Shown here piece after piece: positions 35,905 to 50,258 of a stretch of DNA of 64,000 nt. This DNA is from Rhizophagus irregularis. Its lineage: Eukaryota. Made by a program: the position numbers and the translations under genes. The stretch spans positions 1 to 64,000 of the forward strand of contig NC_089433.1 of the NCBI RefSeq assembly GCF_026210795.1. The letters run 5' to 3'. Below the pieces are notes generated by a model. The model saw nothing but the letters and a program-made list of their open reading frames with translations. It did no database searches and was not told the DNA's origin. Each line of letters opens with the position of its first letter. The first letter of the stretch is position 1.

Positions 35905-38335
35905 ATGGCGACTTTTTTATCACCAACTATCACTATTAGAATTTCTCAGAATGTCTCAAGACATTTCATTTCTATTCGAGAAGCAATTTTCCTCACTAAA
36001 AATCATAATCTCGGTTCAATGCTACCGTTATATTCAACACCAAATCCGAAATCCTATTTACATACATTATCTTCAAAACGTGCAAACTTGAATTTTATAA
36101 ACGAAAATTCGTACATTAGCATAGAAAATTTTCGAAGAATATCAATTTCAAGTCTTCGTGCATTTCCTCCAAATGCAGAAGTACCGAAATTTCAACCAAA
36201 TATTGGTACTGTTAGATATTTGCCTCCGCCATCAGACTCTTTGGGCGGTTAGTATAGTTTGTATTTATTGGTATAAATAAGTATATTATATGTTAATTCT
36301 TGGTCTCTTTTAGGATCACAAATATCTCCTGAGGCCGAGGAAACAGAGGTTCAAAGGTATAAACTAATGATTTTTTTTTTTTGTTTTGTTTGTGAATTCA
36401 ATACGAATGCTACAAATTTATTGTGCAATTATTTAGAGTTAATGATAGAATTAATGAAATTAAGAATGCAAAATTAATATTCAACCAATCTTGGAAGAAT
36501 ATCGAGGACGAATATGGACGTGATAAACTCTGGTAAATATGATGTTGTTTGATTATGTCAATTTATTTTAACTATCAAATTCATATCATATTTTCAATTC
36601 AAACTCAGGCTACCGAGGGAGATTATATGGCTGATGGGAGCGCCAGCATCAGGAAAGGTGAGAACCTAATCATAGTTCTTATTCTTTTTTTTTTTAGTTC
36701 ATTATACTATGATGATTTTTTTAATTATATTCGTAGGGAACACACACTAAATCATTATTAAAAGCACGTGGCATTGACAATCCGGCTATCAGTATGTCAA
36801 AACTTTTAACATCCCCTGAATGTCAAGAGTTGATTAATAAAGGGCAAATGATCAGTAAGTAAATAAGTTTTAATTTTATACAAGATCTTTATTTGTTTTT
36901 TTTTTCTTATTTCTCTGTCCATCGTATGTTCGTATGTTAGGTGATGGAAAAGTTCTCGAAAGTCTATTTCGAGCACTTCTTAACTGTGATCCAACAATTG
37001 GTTGTCTTGTTGATGGATTTCCGCGAACAGAAATTCAAGTTGAATGTTTGAAATTGTTGTATGATAAAATGCACGAATTACGGCGAGAATTTTGGGACAC
37101 GCCTCAGAGAGATAAATTCCCGTAAGTTGATATTAAGATATTTAGTTTTCTTGTTTTTTTTCTTCTTTTTTATTTTTTTTTTAAAAAAAAAGAAGTATAT
37201 ATATTTTAGACGACCTACATTCCGGATTTGCGTCTTATATGTAGATGAGGAAGTATCAGTGGAACGCCAATTAATGCGCGGAAAACAAATCCGAGAACAC
37301 AATGCCAGGGTTCGACAAACTGGCCAAGATGAACTTATTGAAGAAAGAGTTACTGACTATGATGAAATGGTATATGTGTTCTTTTTATTTCATTGAATTA
37401 AAATTTCTTTTCTGACTATATTAATTTAAAATTATTGTAGCTAATCAGAGCTCGTTATAGAATATTTAAAGAGCATTTTGGTGCTTTGATGAAACTTGCA
37501 AAGATCTTTCCTTTTCGTAAGTCCAACATCTTATTTGAAATAGCTTAGTAAATATTGCTTAGTAAATATAACGGAATAATACTTTTAATTCGTTAATTTA
37601 TTTTAGATTTGATTAATGCTGTTGGAACAATTGAGGAAGTAATGTTTTTGATTCTTAAAGAGTTTGAGTATCAAAGTTCGCTTGAACTTGGTATGGTTAA
37701 ATTTTTAAATAATAGCATTTTTTTTATATGAATTCAAAGAGCTTGATGGTTTTTTTTATTTTGTTAAATAGATCATGACACATATGATGCGATTGCACAC
37801 ATACCTTTAGCTACAAAGATTAGTATACATGCAAGACAAGATTTGATCAGTCGACTTGAACATTATCAAGATACTGAGCCAGAATTATTTTTAAAAGCTA
37901 TACAATTCGTGAACAGCCAAGTTATCCCTATGGTTCAAAGGCATGCAATTAGTGGACACGCACTTGTTCGAACGTACTTACGATAAACTTATTTTTGTTA
38001 TGAGAGTTTTTTTTTTTGGTAAATTATGTAAATATCATTATTTTTTTTTAGGGCATCACAAGAATTAGGGAATCAACATCTTGTAGATATGATTATGGAT
38101 GTTTTATCAGAACGAGGATATCATGTTATGTTTGATGTCCGAGTTCAAGAAATTCCTGCTAGAATTAATCCTGAAACATGGGAAATCATTTTGGAAAAGT
38201 AAATTATCTTTTCTTTTTGCTCAATTAAATAATATATGTAAAAACTAATTTTATTTTTTTTTTAGGCGACACGATTATATGTTTAGTTTACGCTTTCCTA
38301 AACATATTATCCAACCACTTGAGCAGAAATTTTAA
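35905..38335 (+). CDS. Adenylate kinase-like nucleoside monophosphate kinase with N-terminal presequence-like and C-terminal extensions, multi-exon
   Basis: IIWLMGAPASGKGT P-loop (across an intron) and CLVDGFPRTEIQ motif. Confidence 0.85.
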
Positions 38336-38569
38336 ATGTATTATTATATTAATCTTTATAGTAAAATTTGGGACTTATTAATATGTAGAGTATGTAGAGC
38401 ATGTAACCAATATTTATTGAAGTTAGAAATTCATAGAGAGCATTATGATATATTACGAATAGTATATCATAAGCTTCATAAAAATTCAAAATACTACAAT
38501 GTAAATCCATAAAATAAATAAAATAAACAATATGAATTTGTTACTTATTTAGTAATAGTTTCTTCTTAA

Positions 38570-40478
38570 TCACCCAACATTATTTGCATAAAAAGGGTGT
38601 TCAGTCTTAATCCTATCTCTTAATGATCTCCTCAAAATTTTACCAGAAGTACTTTTAGGAATTTGATCAATAAATAAAACACCGCCACGTAATCTTTTAT
38701 AATTTGCAACTTTTTGAGCAATAAAATCTTCAATTTCCTTCTTTAACTGATCAGATTGAGGGACATTTGGTTGTAATTTGACATAAGCAGTCGGATATTC
38801 GGTCGCATGTTCTTCAGAATAAACACCAATTACAGCAGCATCAGCGATTGATGTATGAGTAAGTAAGATTGATTCTAATTCGGCAGGTGGAACTTGGAAA
38901 CCCTATGAGAATGATAGTACGAATGAAAAAAATAAATTGTTGTAAGAAATGTAAAGTATACGCCAGTGCACATCCCATATTAAAGGTATAGGATTAGGAA
39001 TAAATTTAACAAATTAAAAATATTTTAATATACTTTGTATTTAATTAATTCTTTGGCACGATCTATAAGGTAAAAATTTCCTATTATAGAATAAGGAAAA
39101 GAATTAGAAATTATTCAAGAAACATAAAGTATACACTATTAAGAAAATTAATTATTGCTCACCAAATTTATCAACAGTTACTATATCACCGGTATGTAAC
39201 CACCCCTCGCCATCAATACACGCATCAGTAGCTTCTTTGTTATTAAGGTAACCTTTCATGATATTTGGACCACGAACACAAAGTTCTCCAGGTTGATCAA
39301 CTCCAAGTTCTTTTCCGTCTTCAGAAAGAATCTTGCTTTCCAAATTTGAAATTAGTTTTCCAACAGAACCAGGAACGATATTATCAATTTTAGCGAGATG
39401 AGTTGCAGGAGAAGCTTCAGTCAAACCATATCCTTGTATAATAGGTACATTATATATTTTGGTGAATTCATCGGATAATTCTTTACTTAAAGGAGCGGCG
39501 GCACATAAACATACTAGTAAACTTGACAAATCATAATTTTTAACAATTGGATCCTTAACTAATGATAATATTATTGGAGGTACAACCGTGATTCTATTAA
39601 CACTATAATCTTGAATAATTCTACAAAATGTTGACAATTCATATTTTGGAATTACAATAACTGATGCTCCTTTAATAATTGGGAAATGAATGATACAACT
39701 TAATCCATAAATATGAAAGAAAGGTAATAAACCAAGATAAATAGCATCAGAATTAACATCATCTTCGTGAGCGTAAATTTGAGACAAATTAGCTACAATA
39801 TTATAATGAGTTGTTTCAACCCCTTTACTCTTCCCTGTTGTACCAGAACTATAGCATAAATATGCCGTTGTTGATTTTGCCTCTTCTTGTGAATATTCAA
39901 TTGGATTTGCTTCCTTTTCAGAAATAAGTGAAGAATAAGGTTTAATTCCATTAATTTCTGCATCACCAAATAAAAATATGTTTGATTCATGAATATTTGC
40001 TGCAGCTGCCGCTTTAATCACGTTTGAGAGAAGTAATGGAAATGCAATAATATATTTTGCACCCGAATCTTTTAATTGGTAGGTAAGCTCATCAACTGTA
40101 TACATAGGGTTAACAAAAGTCACAATTCCACCTGCTACAATTGTTCCGAATGAAACAATCGCGTAATCGACCTAATAATAATGAATAAAGAGAACATTTT
40201 ATTATAATATAAAATAAACAACATATATATTGTCGACATACCTGATTTGGAGAAATAATTGCTAATACATCGCCACGTTTAAATCCTGCTTTATCAATTA
40301 ATCCTGCTGCCAATTTCTTTGAGTTACTTTTAAGTTCACCATAAGTTAATTTTTTGTCAGTTATACCGTCGGTGAATATTACTTTATCATCGCTAATTCC
40401 ATTCGGATTACTTGTAACATATTGATAAATTCCCATTGCAGGAATTTCAATATCCGGTAATAAAGATTTGAAAATCAT
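38570..40478 (-). CDS. 4-coumarate-CoA ligase-like acyl-CoA synthetase, multi-exon
   Basis: YSSGTTGKSKG AMP-binding motif, QGYGLTE, GELCVRGPNIMKGY, WLHTGD, PKSTSGKILRR. Confidence 0.93.
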
Positions 40479-40742
40479 GATGAATAAGTAAAATAAAATA
40501 TTTTTGTTTGAAAAAAGAAGAGAGAAATTTCATGTTTATTTATATTTCGATTTATTTGATATTGTACGACCGTGCAACATTCACGGTAATTTATTTATAA
40601 GTAAAACAATAACCAAAAGTAAATCATTAAATCTGCCTTAAAAGTGACACTTAATCAAAAAAAAAAATAAATGGTAAACAAATAAAAATATGAAAATAAA
40701 AACAACTTATATATGATAAAAATACATGAAAAGATTAATAAA

Positions 40743-42640
40743 TTATTTAAATCTTCTTTCAAAAATGATTCCACTAGTACTTGGAAATGTTATGGGACCT
40801 AATCTCAATTTGTTTTCAATTTTACCACTTTCTGTACGGAAATTATATTTTAATATAGCGTTATGCATAAAAAATTTAATTTCATTTACGGCAAAAAACC
40901 TTCCGGGGCAACTAAGAATAATTTATAATAAATTATCAGTTTAGATTATTTTATAATTTATTTATAAATAATAATTATAATAAGAATATTAAAATACTTA
41001 CGCGTGTTTACCACCTCCGAATACTATGAAATTTTTACTAACTTTTGATGCTGAAGAGTTTTTATTTAAATGTCTAAATGGTTCAAATAAATTTGGGTTT
41101 GGGCCTTGTGATGATTCATCTTGATAAACATCATTAAAATAAATATCAACTACATGATCTTTTTGTACTTGCAATCCATTAGAAAATGTATAATCTTTTA
41201 ATACAAGATGTGGAAGGGCTGCTATATCCCCAGTTAATCTGAATGATTCTCTAATAAAACTATCCAATTTTTTCATTTCATTAAGAGCTTCAAATGGAAG
41301 TATATCATTTTCATTTGCTTTTTTATGAATTTCTAGTTGTTCTTCATATAATTCCTGCATATATTCAGGTCTAGATGCCAAATCCATAACAGCATTTGCG
41401 CAACTTCTTGATGTTGTATGGACTGATGCGAAAATAAATATACATAATTTATCTGCCATTGCTGCATAATTAATATTATTAGGATCAAAATCTTGTTCTT
41501 CCATAAAATCTTGAAGTAAATCATTAGGACGTTTCCACGAATCACCATATTCTTGTTTCTCCCGTAAACGTTTATCAACTTGATTTTTAATATGTTTAAC
41601 GAGTATATCACGATGTTTTGTAGCTGGATTATATAATCCTAATTTTATTGGAATACGATTGACATAATCTTGAAGTCCTGGAAAAATGAAATCCAAAATT
41701 GGTGGAATTGCAAAAAATATTGCTACATCAGTTGTAAATTCTGCGAATGTAGTTATAATTTCATCATATTTAGCTTCTTCCTAAAAAAATTAAAAAAAAA
41801 AGAGAATTTATATATATATATTCTTTTTCTTCCTAAGAAGAAACCAAATATTACTTACTTCACCAATAAAAATATTTGCAATAGGAGTAGAAATAATTTT
41901 TGCCATTAAATAACTAAAATTATAAATTGTTCGATCGTCATCACAATCACCAATATATTTTTTAGTAGCCGAATAAAGGCTTTTTTGCATACGTTCAGTA
42001 TATAAACCCAATTTATTTGAAATATACTCTCGGACTACTTTTGCATTATATTTTGGATCACCAAATCCATTTATATTTTTAAACATCGCATCACCTGGTA
42101 CTCTTCTTCTAAATTCTTCGGAGAAGTCAAAGGCATCATCTCTTGCGAATACTTCATATGAATGGTCTTTTCCTATAAGTTTAGTACAACATTTATGAGA
42201 ATTTATATGATTCAGGCCGAATTGCATTGAAATATTCGAACAAAAAAAAATACAGATAACTTTACCAACAAATGTTGTTACTTGACCCCATAAATATAGG
42301 CTGAAAATATCACCATACTGAATATAATAAAGTTATATTTAATAAATAACTAATTAATTGAATTTGATACATTATTCTACTTACCTCTTTTCTACATTGT
42401 TTAAAGAATTCCTCGCAATTAAACATATAACTTAAAGTATGTCCAATAATTGGAATTTTATAATGAACAAGTGGTGGCAGTTTCTAATAAAATAAATAAA
42501 GAAATTTATTACTTTTTTATATATAGAAAAAAAAAACGGAAAAAATTATAAATATATATTACCAAATTTGGATCACGTGAACGCTTTAAAACATAAAGCG
42601 TTATCAATAAAATACTTCCTAAAATAATAGTTTGATACAT
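40743..42640 (-). CDS. Cytochrome P450, multi-exon
   Basis: N-terminal membrane anchor, ASVHTT I-helix, ESFR (ExxR), PFRH, and heme motif FGGGKHACPGRFFA across an intron. Confidence 0.93.
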
Positions 42641-43967
42641 TTTGAAAAGGGATTGGTTTATCAATATATTATGATGGTTTTTTTGGTTTTTGTTTTTTTT
42701 TTAAAAAAAAATAATAAAATAAAATAAAGAGAAAATATTTTTTTTTTTTTCAGATGATAAATATGACAACCGTTTTATATGCTTAATTTTTTGTTAATCG
42801 CGGAAGCTCCGAGATTATTTCCATGGTATAATTACGTAATTAATATCTTTTTTATAAATTAGACGAGACAGTAATCTTTTTTCCTGTAGATCATGATTTA
42901 TATCTAAAGATCGAGAAATTTTATAATATTAAAAATTTACTTAAATAAGTTAATAAGCACAATTTATGCATCGGACCATCCGCAATAATTTTTAATTTTG
43001 ATTATTGCGCTAGAAAAGGACACAAGAAGGATCGATGGGCCTATATTGATTTTCGTAGATATAAAATGATCATGTGATTTCTGTTATATTTTCGGATTAT
43101 CCGAATTGACGGACTATCCGGATTATACATTAAATTATAAGCCTATTTCGTTATTGTGATCAATATTAATTGCATTTTATAATAACTTATTGGTCAGTCT
43201 ATTAGGATCATGCTGATTTTGACGGACTGATATTTTTTGTTACAAATTAATCCTTACTTTTCAACGGTATTACATCTTTCAATTTTCACGGGATCCGTTC
43301 AAATTCTGGTAATCTGTCCGTAATCACAATTTCATTAGGTTACAAAGCTGATATTTGTTTCATATACGAAATGGTTAAATCTTTATTTTTTGATTTTTTA
43401 AAGAAATTACAACTAAGAAAAAGTAATGATTTATACATATACAAAGCCTTTTTTTTTTGAAAAAATTTTTTGCCTTCACATGATTGACGTCGGTACTACC
43501 CTATGCCTGGATTCCATATTAAACCATGTGGCTTCTACTCACCTTCTAGTATAATACTGTATGCGGTTGATTGTGAAATTTTTTTTCCAATTATAGTAAT
43601 GATATGATATTTATATATATGTGAGATGCAAAAATCTAATTATTTATGAAAAAAAATTTTTCGCTTTTTTTTTCTCGTCAGGTATGTAATTAAATATATT
43701 TATAGTATTCTTCATTAGCCTAAGATGTAAAAAATTTTATCGTTCTGAATATTTATATGAATAATGATAATTTATTTAAAGTAACAGTCTCTGAGGCTGA
43801 TAATTCACTGAATATAAAAAAAAAATATTTTTTTTTCAACTACTCAAATTCTAATCATTCTTTCATTTATTTCATTTTAACCGAATTCTTCATTACGACA
43901 CGGATTTCACGATAATCTTAAATAGGTATATTTTATAGAATCTTGGACGTTATATAAGATAAAAGAA

Positions 43968-46070
43968 ATGAGTAACTATACCATACTTATCAAGAAACAT
44001 AATTATTATGATGTATCAAGATATTCAGAATCAAGTATGTAATAATAATAATATTATTATAATTAATTTTAAGATTAAAATTTGAAATCTTAATTATTGT
44101 TTTTATAATTAGGTGATAATGAGCTTGATAGTACTTCGGATATCTCACTTTCTGATCATGAGTTACAATTAAAAGAAATCGTAATATCTTCTGATTTTAA
44201 TAATAATCACTATGATGATGAAGAATTTGATAGTGAAGATTATAGTGAGGATTATGATCATTCTAACGATGATCGTTACGATTATAATGATCATAATAAA
44301 TCCTCATTTAAGATGCTTTCATTTGTTTGCAACGTAAAAGGATGTTTGAAAAAATATACGTTAAAAAGTAGTTTGAAACGTCATATTCAACATCATCACA
44401 TAGAAAAAAATCCTTTTATTTGTGTCGAACCTCAATGCTTTAATATGAAATTTTCAACTCTTGATTTATTGAAAAGACATCAACAAAAAGTTCATGAGAA
44501 TCAAATCTTACATAAACGCTCATATATTAGAGAAAATATAGAATTAGATAAAATTTTAGAGAATAATGAAATTAAAATTTATGAAAGAAAGTACCCTTGT
44601 AAAGTGTCTGGATGTAACAGAGTATTTGATAGTAAAAGTGCAGTAGCATCTCACAAACGATTTCATAACACTGAAAAAGAAAAGAAATCTAACAAATGTG
44701 ATGTTCCCGTCTGTGATAAGATATCTGATAGTTTATATGAATTATGGGATCATGATCTGTTTCACCTTGAAAATAATAGAAAAATTTGTGATGAAACCGA
44801 ATATTCTCAACCATTTCAAAATTTACAAGAATTAAATGATGATCAACAAATATATACAAATGATAATTTAGGTGAAACTGAATTTAATTGTGATGTGCAA
44901 GGTTGTAACTTTAAAATTGGGCAATTTGAAGCTTTGAAACAACATCTAAATGACTATCATAACGTGAAGAATTATTATGTATGTAATAAAGAAGGTTGTA
45001 ATTTTTGCTGTACAAATGATTCAAACTTTTATAATCATCAACAAATTCATGTTGATAATAATGTTAATAATATAATTCATGATAAAAATGAATTATTCAA
45101 ATGTGAAAACCCTGGATGTGATAAAGTTTATAAACGTTTATGTCATTTAAGAGCTCATCAAAATCGAAGAAAACATCATTCTCAAGTTGAAGAAAAGAAT
45201 TATATTTGTGATGAACCTGGATGTGATAATGTTTATAAAAGTTTATATTATCTTAAAAAACATAAGGATCTTAATCACATAAAAATTTTATTACCTTATG
45301 TTTATATTGATAATGTAAACTTTGATATTAAACAAGAAAATACTTATTATTGTAATCATTCAGGATGTTCTTATACAACTAATCAAATGGAAGATTTAAC
45401 AAATCATAAGATGATTCATACTGAAGAAAAGAATTTAGTTTCATGCAATATTATAGATATATCAGAAAATAAGATTCATAATTTACGGAAAATTAATCAG
45501 ATTAATTATAAAAAAGATCAAGTTTTTATGAATAATACAAAAATCAATAGTCATTTATTAATTAAATCAAAGAAAAAGATCTTTTCATGTAATGATCAAG
45601 GATGTAATAAAAGGTTTATTACATTAAAAAACTTGAAAAAGCATAAGGCTAAAGCTCATTCAAAAAGTGCAAATAGTTTGTTTACTTTAAAATCTCAATC
45701 AAAAAATTATAATATATGCAAATATATAAAAAAGATTCAAATTCCTACTAGAGTATCATATGATTTTGTAAATAAAAAGCAATTAGATATAAGTAATGAT
45801 ATATCAAAAGGAAATGAATTAGATACTTATAGATTACGAAAACGTCCAAGAATTAATAAAATTAGAATATTGGATGATGATGATAATGATTGTCTTTGTA
45901 AATTTACTGGATGCAGAAAAATTTTCAATTCTGTGTATTCTTTAAAAATTCATCAGCAAAAGTTTCATATGATTACTAAAACTTATCCATGTAATAAATC
46001 TGAATGTAATTTTAGAACTAAATTTTTTGAAAAATTAAAAAAACATCAATTAGAAAAACATGGATATTAG
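43968..46070 (+). CDS. Multi-C2H2 zinc-finger protein (Cx4C type)
   Basis: More than ten CxxxGC..F.....L..H...H fingers. An upstream exon from ATG 43968 splices in frame at 44113. Confidence 0.88.
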
Positions 46071-46364
46071 ATTATTACTATTTGTTTTTTTTACTAAATA
46101 AATTTTTTTTTTTTTACAAAAATTAATAAAAATAAACAAGTATTTTTTTTTTGTAATAATATTTTTTTTAAATTTTATTTTTATTTTTATATTATTAATA
46201 CTTATTGTTATAACGCTTTTCAGAACTTTGCTACCTTTTATATAAACTGCTTAATAAAAAAGATTATTAGATTATTAGATTATTACTTAGATTACTAAAC
46301 ACTTATTAGTTATAATCTTTAATAATCTAATAATCTTTTTATTAGATAATTTATACAGGAACAT

Positions 46365-47382
46365 CAATAATGTTGGTCAAAGTAATTTATTAATATTTAT
46401 TATTAGCACTTATTAAATATAAGGTATGTTGGTAAAATGCATTTAAGTATTTACTTAAAATATTAATAAAATGCTCAAAAAATTAAATGGTTAATAAATA
46501 TTAAATTTTAATACTTATTTAATATATGGCCAAAGAAATAAAATTATTCGTTTCTCATGAAAAAAAATTGCTAAATTTGACCCGGCCGCCCGGAAAAAAA
46601 ATTTATTTTCAAAAAAAAATTTAGCCGATTCCTAGAAGATGATTGGTTGATTTAATAAATTTTTTGCCCGGTTGCAGGGGTGGAAAAAAAAATTATTTTT
46701 TTATGATTATGATTGGTCAAAACCAAAATCACATGACCAAATAAAATAAATTTTTTTATCTTTTCGCAACATTTACATGACCCGCCGGTCATGAGAAACG
46801 AATAAATTTATTTACTTGGCCTATTATGCATTTATTACTTAATAAATATAAAATTTTAATGCTTATTAAATATTGTTATTTAATAAATATTAGGTTTCAG
46901 TTGGTCTAATATCATGATGATGAAGTAGCAGAATTTTGAAAAGTGTGATAATAATTTAAATTATTTGATTAATTTATACTGATATAATCTAAATATAATT
47001 AAATTTTTATTATATAATTATCATAATGTTGGTTAAAGTAATAATTTATTAATATTTATTATTAGTGTTTATTAAGTATAAGGTATGTTAATAAAATGCA
47101 TTTAAGTATTATTTAAAATACTAAAAAATGCTTAAAAAATTAAATAGTTAATAAATATTTTTTTTTTTTTTTTCTGCAGCGCATTTGCAGTTTTATTAAA
47201 GTAAAAAAAATAAAGAAAATATATACAAAGTAAAATTCCCTAATATAGTTAATAAATATTAAAATTTAGTACTTATTTAATACATTAAGCATTTATTTTA
47301 CTTAATAAATATAAAATTTTAATGCTTATTAAATATTACTATTTAGTAAACATAAGGTTTCAGTTGATTCAATGTCATGATG
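46365..47382. repeat. AT-rich direct duplication (46365-46920 vs 47024-47382)
   Basis: TAATGTTGGT.AAAGTAAT...GGTTTCAGTTG..CATGATGAT occurs twice. The first copy is interrupted by a MITE. Confidence 0.65.
46527..46823. mobile_element. MITE with ~33-bp TIRs
   Basis: GGCCAAAGAAATAAAATTATTCGTTTCTCATGA ... TCATGAGAAACGAATAAATTTATTTACTTGGCC. Confidence 0.7.
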
Positions 47383-48765
47383 ATATCTTTAATAAATTAC
47401 AATAAAAATAACTAATCAAAAATAACTATCATATATAAAATTTAGAAATTTTGTTTAGAAATATGTTTTTTTTCACACTTGCAATATGTTACATTTCCCC
47501 TTTTTAGTAATTTTTATATATTAATATATCAATCATTTTAATTACATAGGATAAGTGTTGGAAAAAGAGACCAAATTGACAAAAATTTTTTTTTAAAATA
47601 ACAAATATTTTGAATCAGATAATTAGATTTATATTTATTTTACTTATAAACTTTTTTTTTTGAAAAAAATTTCAATTTGGTTTTTTTTTTAGTATTTATT
47701 CCACATGACTTTATTAAAATTTTTTATTTTTTAAAAAATTCTAATATAAGACCTTATGCATTTAGTTACTATACAGTATATTATAAAAAACTTTATATTA
47801 TGTGTATTTTTAATCACTTTATAAATTTTTTTATACTGTATATTAAAAAGGATTTAAAATATTATTTTTGATTTTTATATATAACATATTAAATAATACA
47901 AGTGCGATAAAAAATAAACTCCTTTTGTTTATTTTAAAATAGAAAATTAATAATTAAATAAGATTTTAAATATTTCAGTTTTAATAAAAATTACTTTTAT
48001 TTTTAATAAATAATAAAACTAAAATAATAAAATTATTACTATTAGAGTTTAGATCTGTATATCTGTTATCTGTAATATTCTGTATATCTACATGGATTAC
48101 AGATTATAGATATCCATTTTATTATTTCAAATAATATCTATAGATAAATAATTTAATATAAATAATCTGTAAATAATTTGTAGATAATCCTTATATTTGC
48201 AAATATATGAGTAATAATACTTGTATTCAAATAATCTTATTAAATAATCTTTAAAATTATATATAAATTCATTAATAAAATCAATTATTAATATGTGATA
48301 TTATTTAAAATACAAATTAAAAAAGTTGAATATATAAAAAATACTTTTTCTTTAAAAACTGTGATTATTATAATATTTTAGTTTAGTTTAAAAGTTTAGA
48401 TTTTAAAAATAAACTTTAGATATTAAAATATTAATAAAGTAAAAAAATATAAAAAACATTGTTAATTATTTAATTAATTAATATACAAAATTTGATATTT
48501 TATTTGAATAATTTATATTATTTATAATTATTATCTGTATAATTTGAATTATCCATTAATAATTTAGATATATGGATTATTCATTTAATTTTTTAAAATT
48601 ATCTGTATCTGGATTTATTACAGTGTTACAGATTTTTCTTCTATTTTAGTAAAGTCTCATACTTCTCCAACTGCTTTTCAAATCTATGATCCTACTCTTC
48701 TGCTTCTTTGACTTTGTTTGCTAACAGTTCTAGAAGTAATTCATCAATTTTCATTTAAATTAAAG

Positions 48766-48920
48766 TATACTTCTCCGCTAATTAATTACGTCGTATTTCG
48801 GTGAACGGACCAATTCACTATTTATTATAAAATTACTATGAATTAATTACGTCTGTTAAAATACATTACGTCTGTCAAAATAAATTTAATTAGTATTTAG
48901 TCATTTTGACGAAAAGTATA
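48766..48920. mobile_element. 155-bp MITE, internal-deletion derivative of the 24483-26111 element
   Basis: TATACTTCTC...GAAAAGTATA termini with perfect 8-bp TSD AATTAAAG. Confidence 0.85.
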
Positions 48921-49034
48921 AATTAAAGCATCAGCATTAGCATTTATTAGCATTAATTCTATTTTAAAATCTATTAATATGTGATATTAAGTCACATAAT
49001 ATTTACTAGCATATTTTTTACAAAGGCGAAGTTT

Positions 49035-49396
49035 AGAACTATTCTTTTCATATAACTCAAATATTACAATACAATTCTTAACTATCAAAACTATTTGTAA
49101 AACTGACTACTCCTTCAACTTGGTAAAATCCTAATACTATTTATAATAAAATAAAAAAATAAGAATATTTAATAAAATAAATAAACTAAATATAATAAAT
49201 AAATAAAATAAAATAAATATAACAAATAAAATTAATAAAATAAATAAATCAAATTTATCAGATTATCAAATAAATCAAGAAAATCAAGAAAATTGAAAAA
49301 ATCAAGAGATCTGCAAAATGATCAAATCAATAAAAAAAATAAAATCAAATAAAAAAAAAGACATAAAAATTACTGCACTACATTTCTACTTTAATA
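49035..49396 (-). repeat. Diverged partial LTR copy in inverted orientation
   Basis: The reverse complement aligns with 49401-49980 (e.g. CTTTTCATATAACTC...TACAATACAATTCTTAACTA). Confidence 0.7.
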
Positions 49397-49400
49397 ATAC

Positions 49401-50215
49401 TGTTAAAATAGAAATGTGGCGCAGTAATTTTATGTAGATCAATTTTGTAGATCATTTCATAAATCCCTTGATTTTTTCGATTTTCTTGATTTTCTTGATT
49501 TATTTGATAAATCTGATAAATCTGATAAATTTGATAAATTTGATATATTTGATTGAAATAATTTATTTATCGCACGTGCGATGCAAATTTTTATGTTTAT
49601 CATTGCCATTTTAAGGGGGGTGGCGATGTATAAGCAGGTTGATCAACATAAATAATTTACAAAAAAGGAAAGTGGCGATGCATCGCACGTGCGATGAATA
49701 AATTTACTCTATTTGATTTATTTATTTTATTTTATTTATTTATTTTATTTTATTTATTTTATTTGTTTGATTTATTTATTTTATTTTATTTATTTATTTT
49801 ATTTTATTTATTTATTTTATTTTATTTATTTATTATATTTGATTTATTTATTTTATCAAATATTCTTGATTTTTACTTATTATAAATAGTGATAGGATTT
49901 TACTAAGTAGAAGGGGGAGGTCAGTCAGTTAGTTAAGAATTGTATTGTAGTTTTCGAGTTATATGAAAAGAGTATTATTCCCAGTAGTATAATTCAAGAT
50001 AGTTAATTTCGCAACCAAGAGATTATCTATATTTTTCGTCGTATCTAAAATCTTACATTATTTTAATAAAAACCTATTTTCTTTAACTGAACATCCAACG
50101 TTATTTCACATGATTATTTGTGATCAACTTAAGACTCTCCTATTAAGTTAAACTCCAGTTAACCTGTTAAAGCGTTAAAGTTTTTCAGTCGGCTTTAATT
50201 GTTGACAGGATAACA
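49401..50215 (+). repeat. 5' LTR of Ty3/gypsy element
   Basis: Begins TGTTA and ends TAACA, and is followed after 3 nt by a TGG primer-binding site. Confidence 0.75.
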
Positions 50216-50218
50216 ATT

Positions 50219-50236
50219 TGGTGCGAGTTGGGTGGA
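50219..50236 (+). promoter_or_regulatory. Primer-binding site, tRNA-Phe-like
   Basis: TGGTGCGAGTTGGGTGGA is complementary to a tRNA ending ...CCACCCAACUCGCACCA, which resembles the yeast tRNA-Phe 3' end (CCACAGAAUUCGCACCA). Confidence 0.65.
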
Positions 50237-50258
50237 ATCTAAAGAAAAATAGTAACCG

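Noticed and set aside
24483..48920. ~95-bp inverted repeats 24 kb apart that bracket all the host genes, suggesting a giant TIR element
   Set aside because: Each repeat is the end of its own element with its own TSD (24483-26111 and 48766-48920). They are two family members in opposite orientation.
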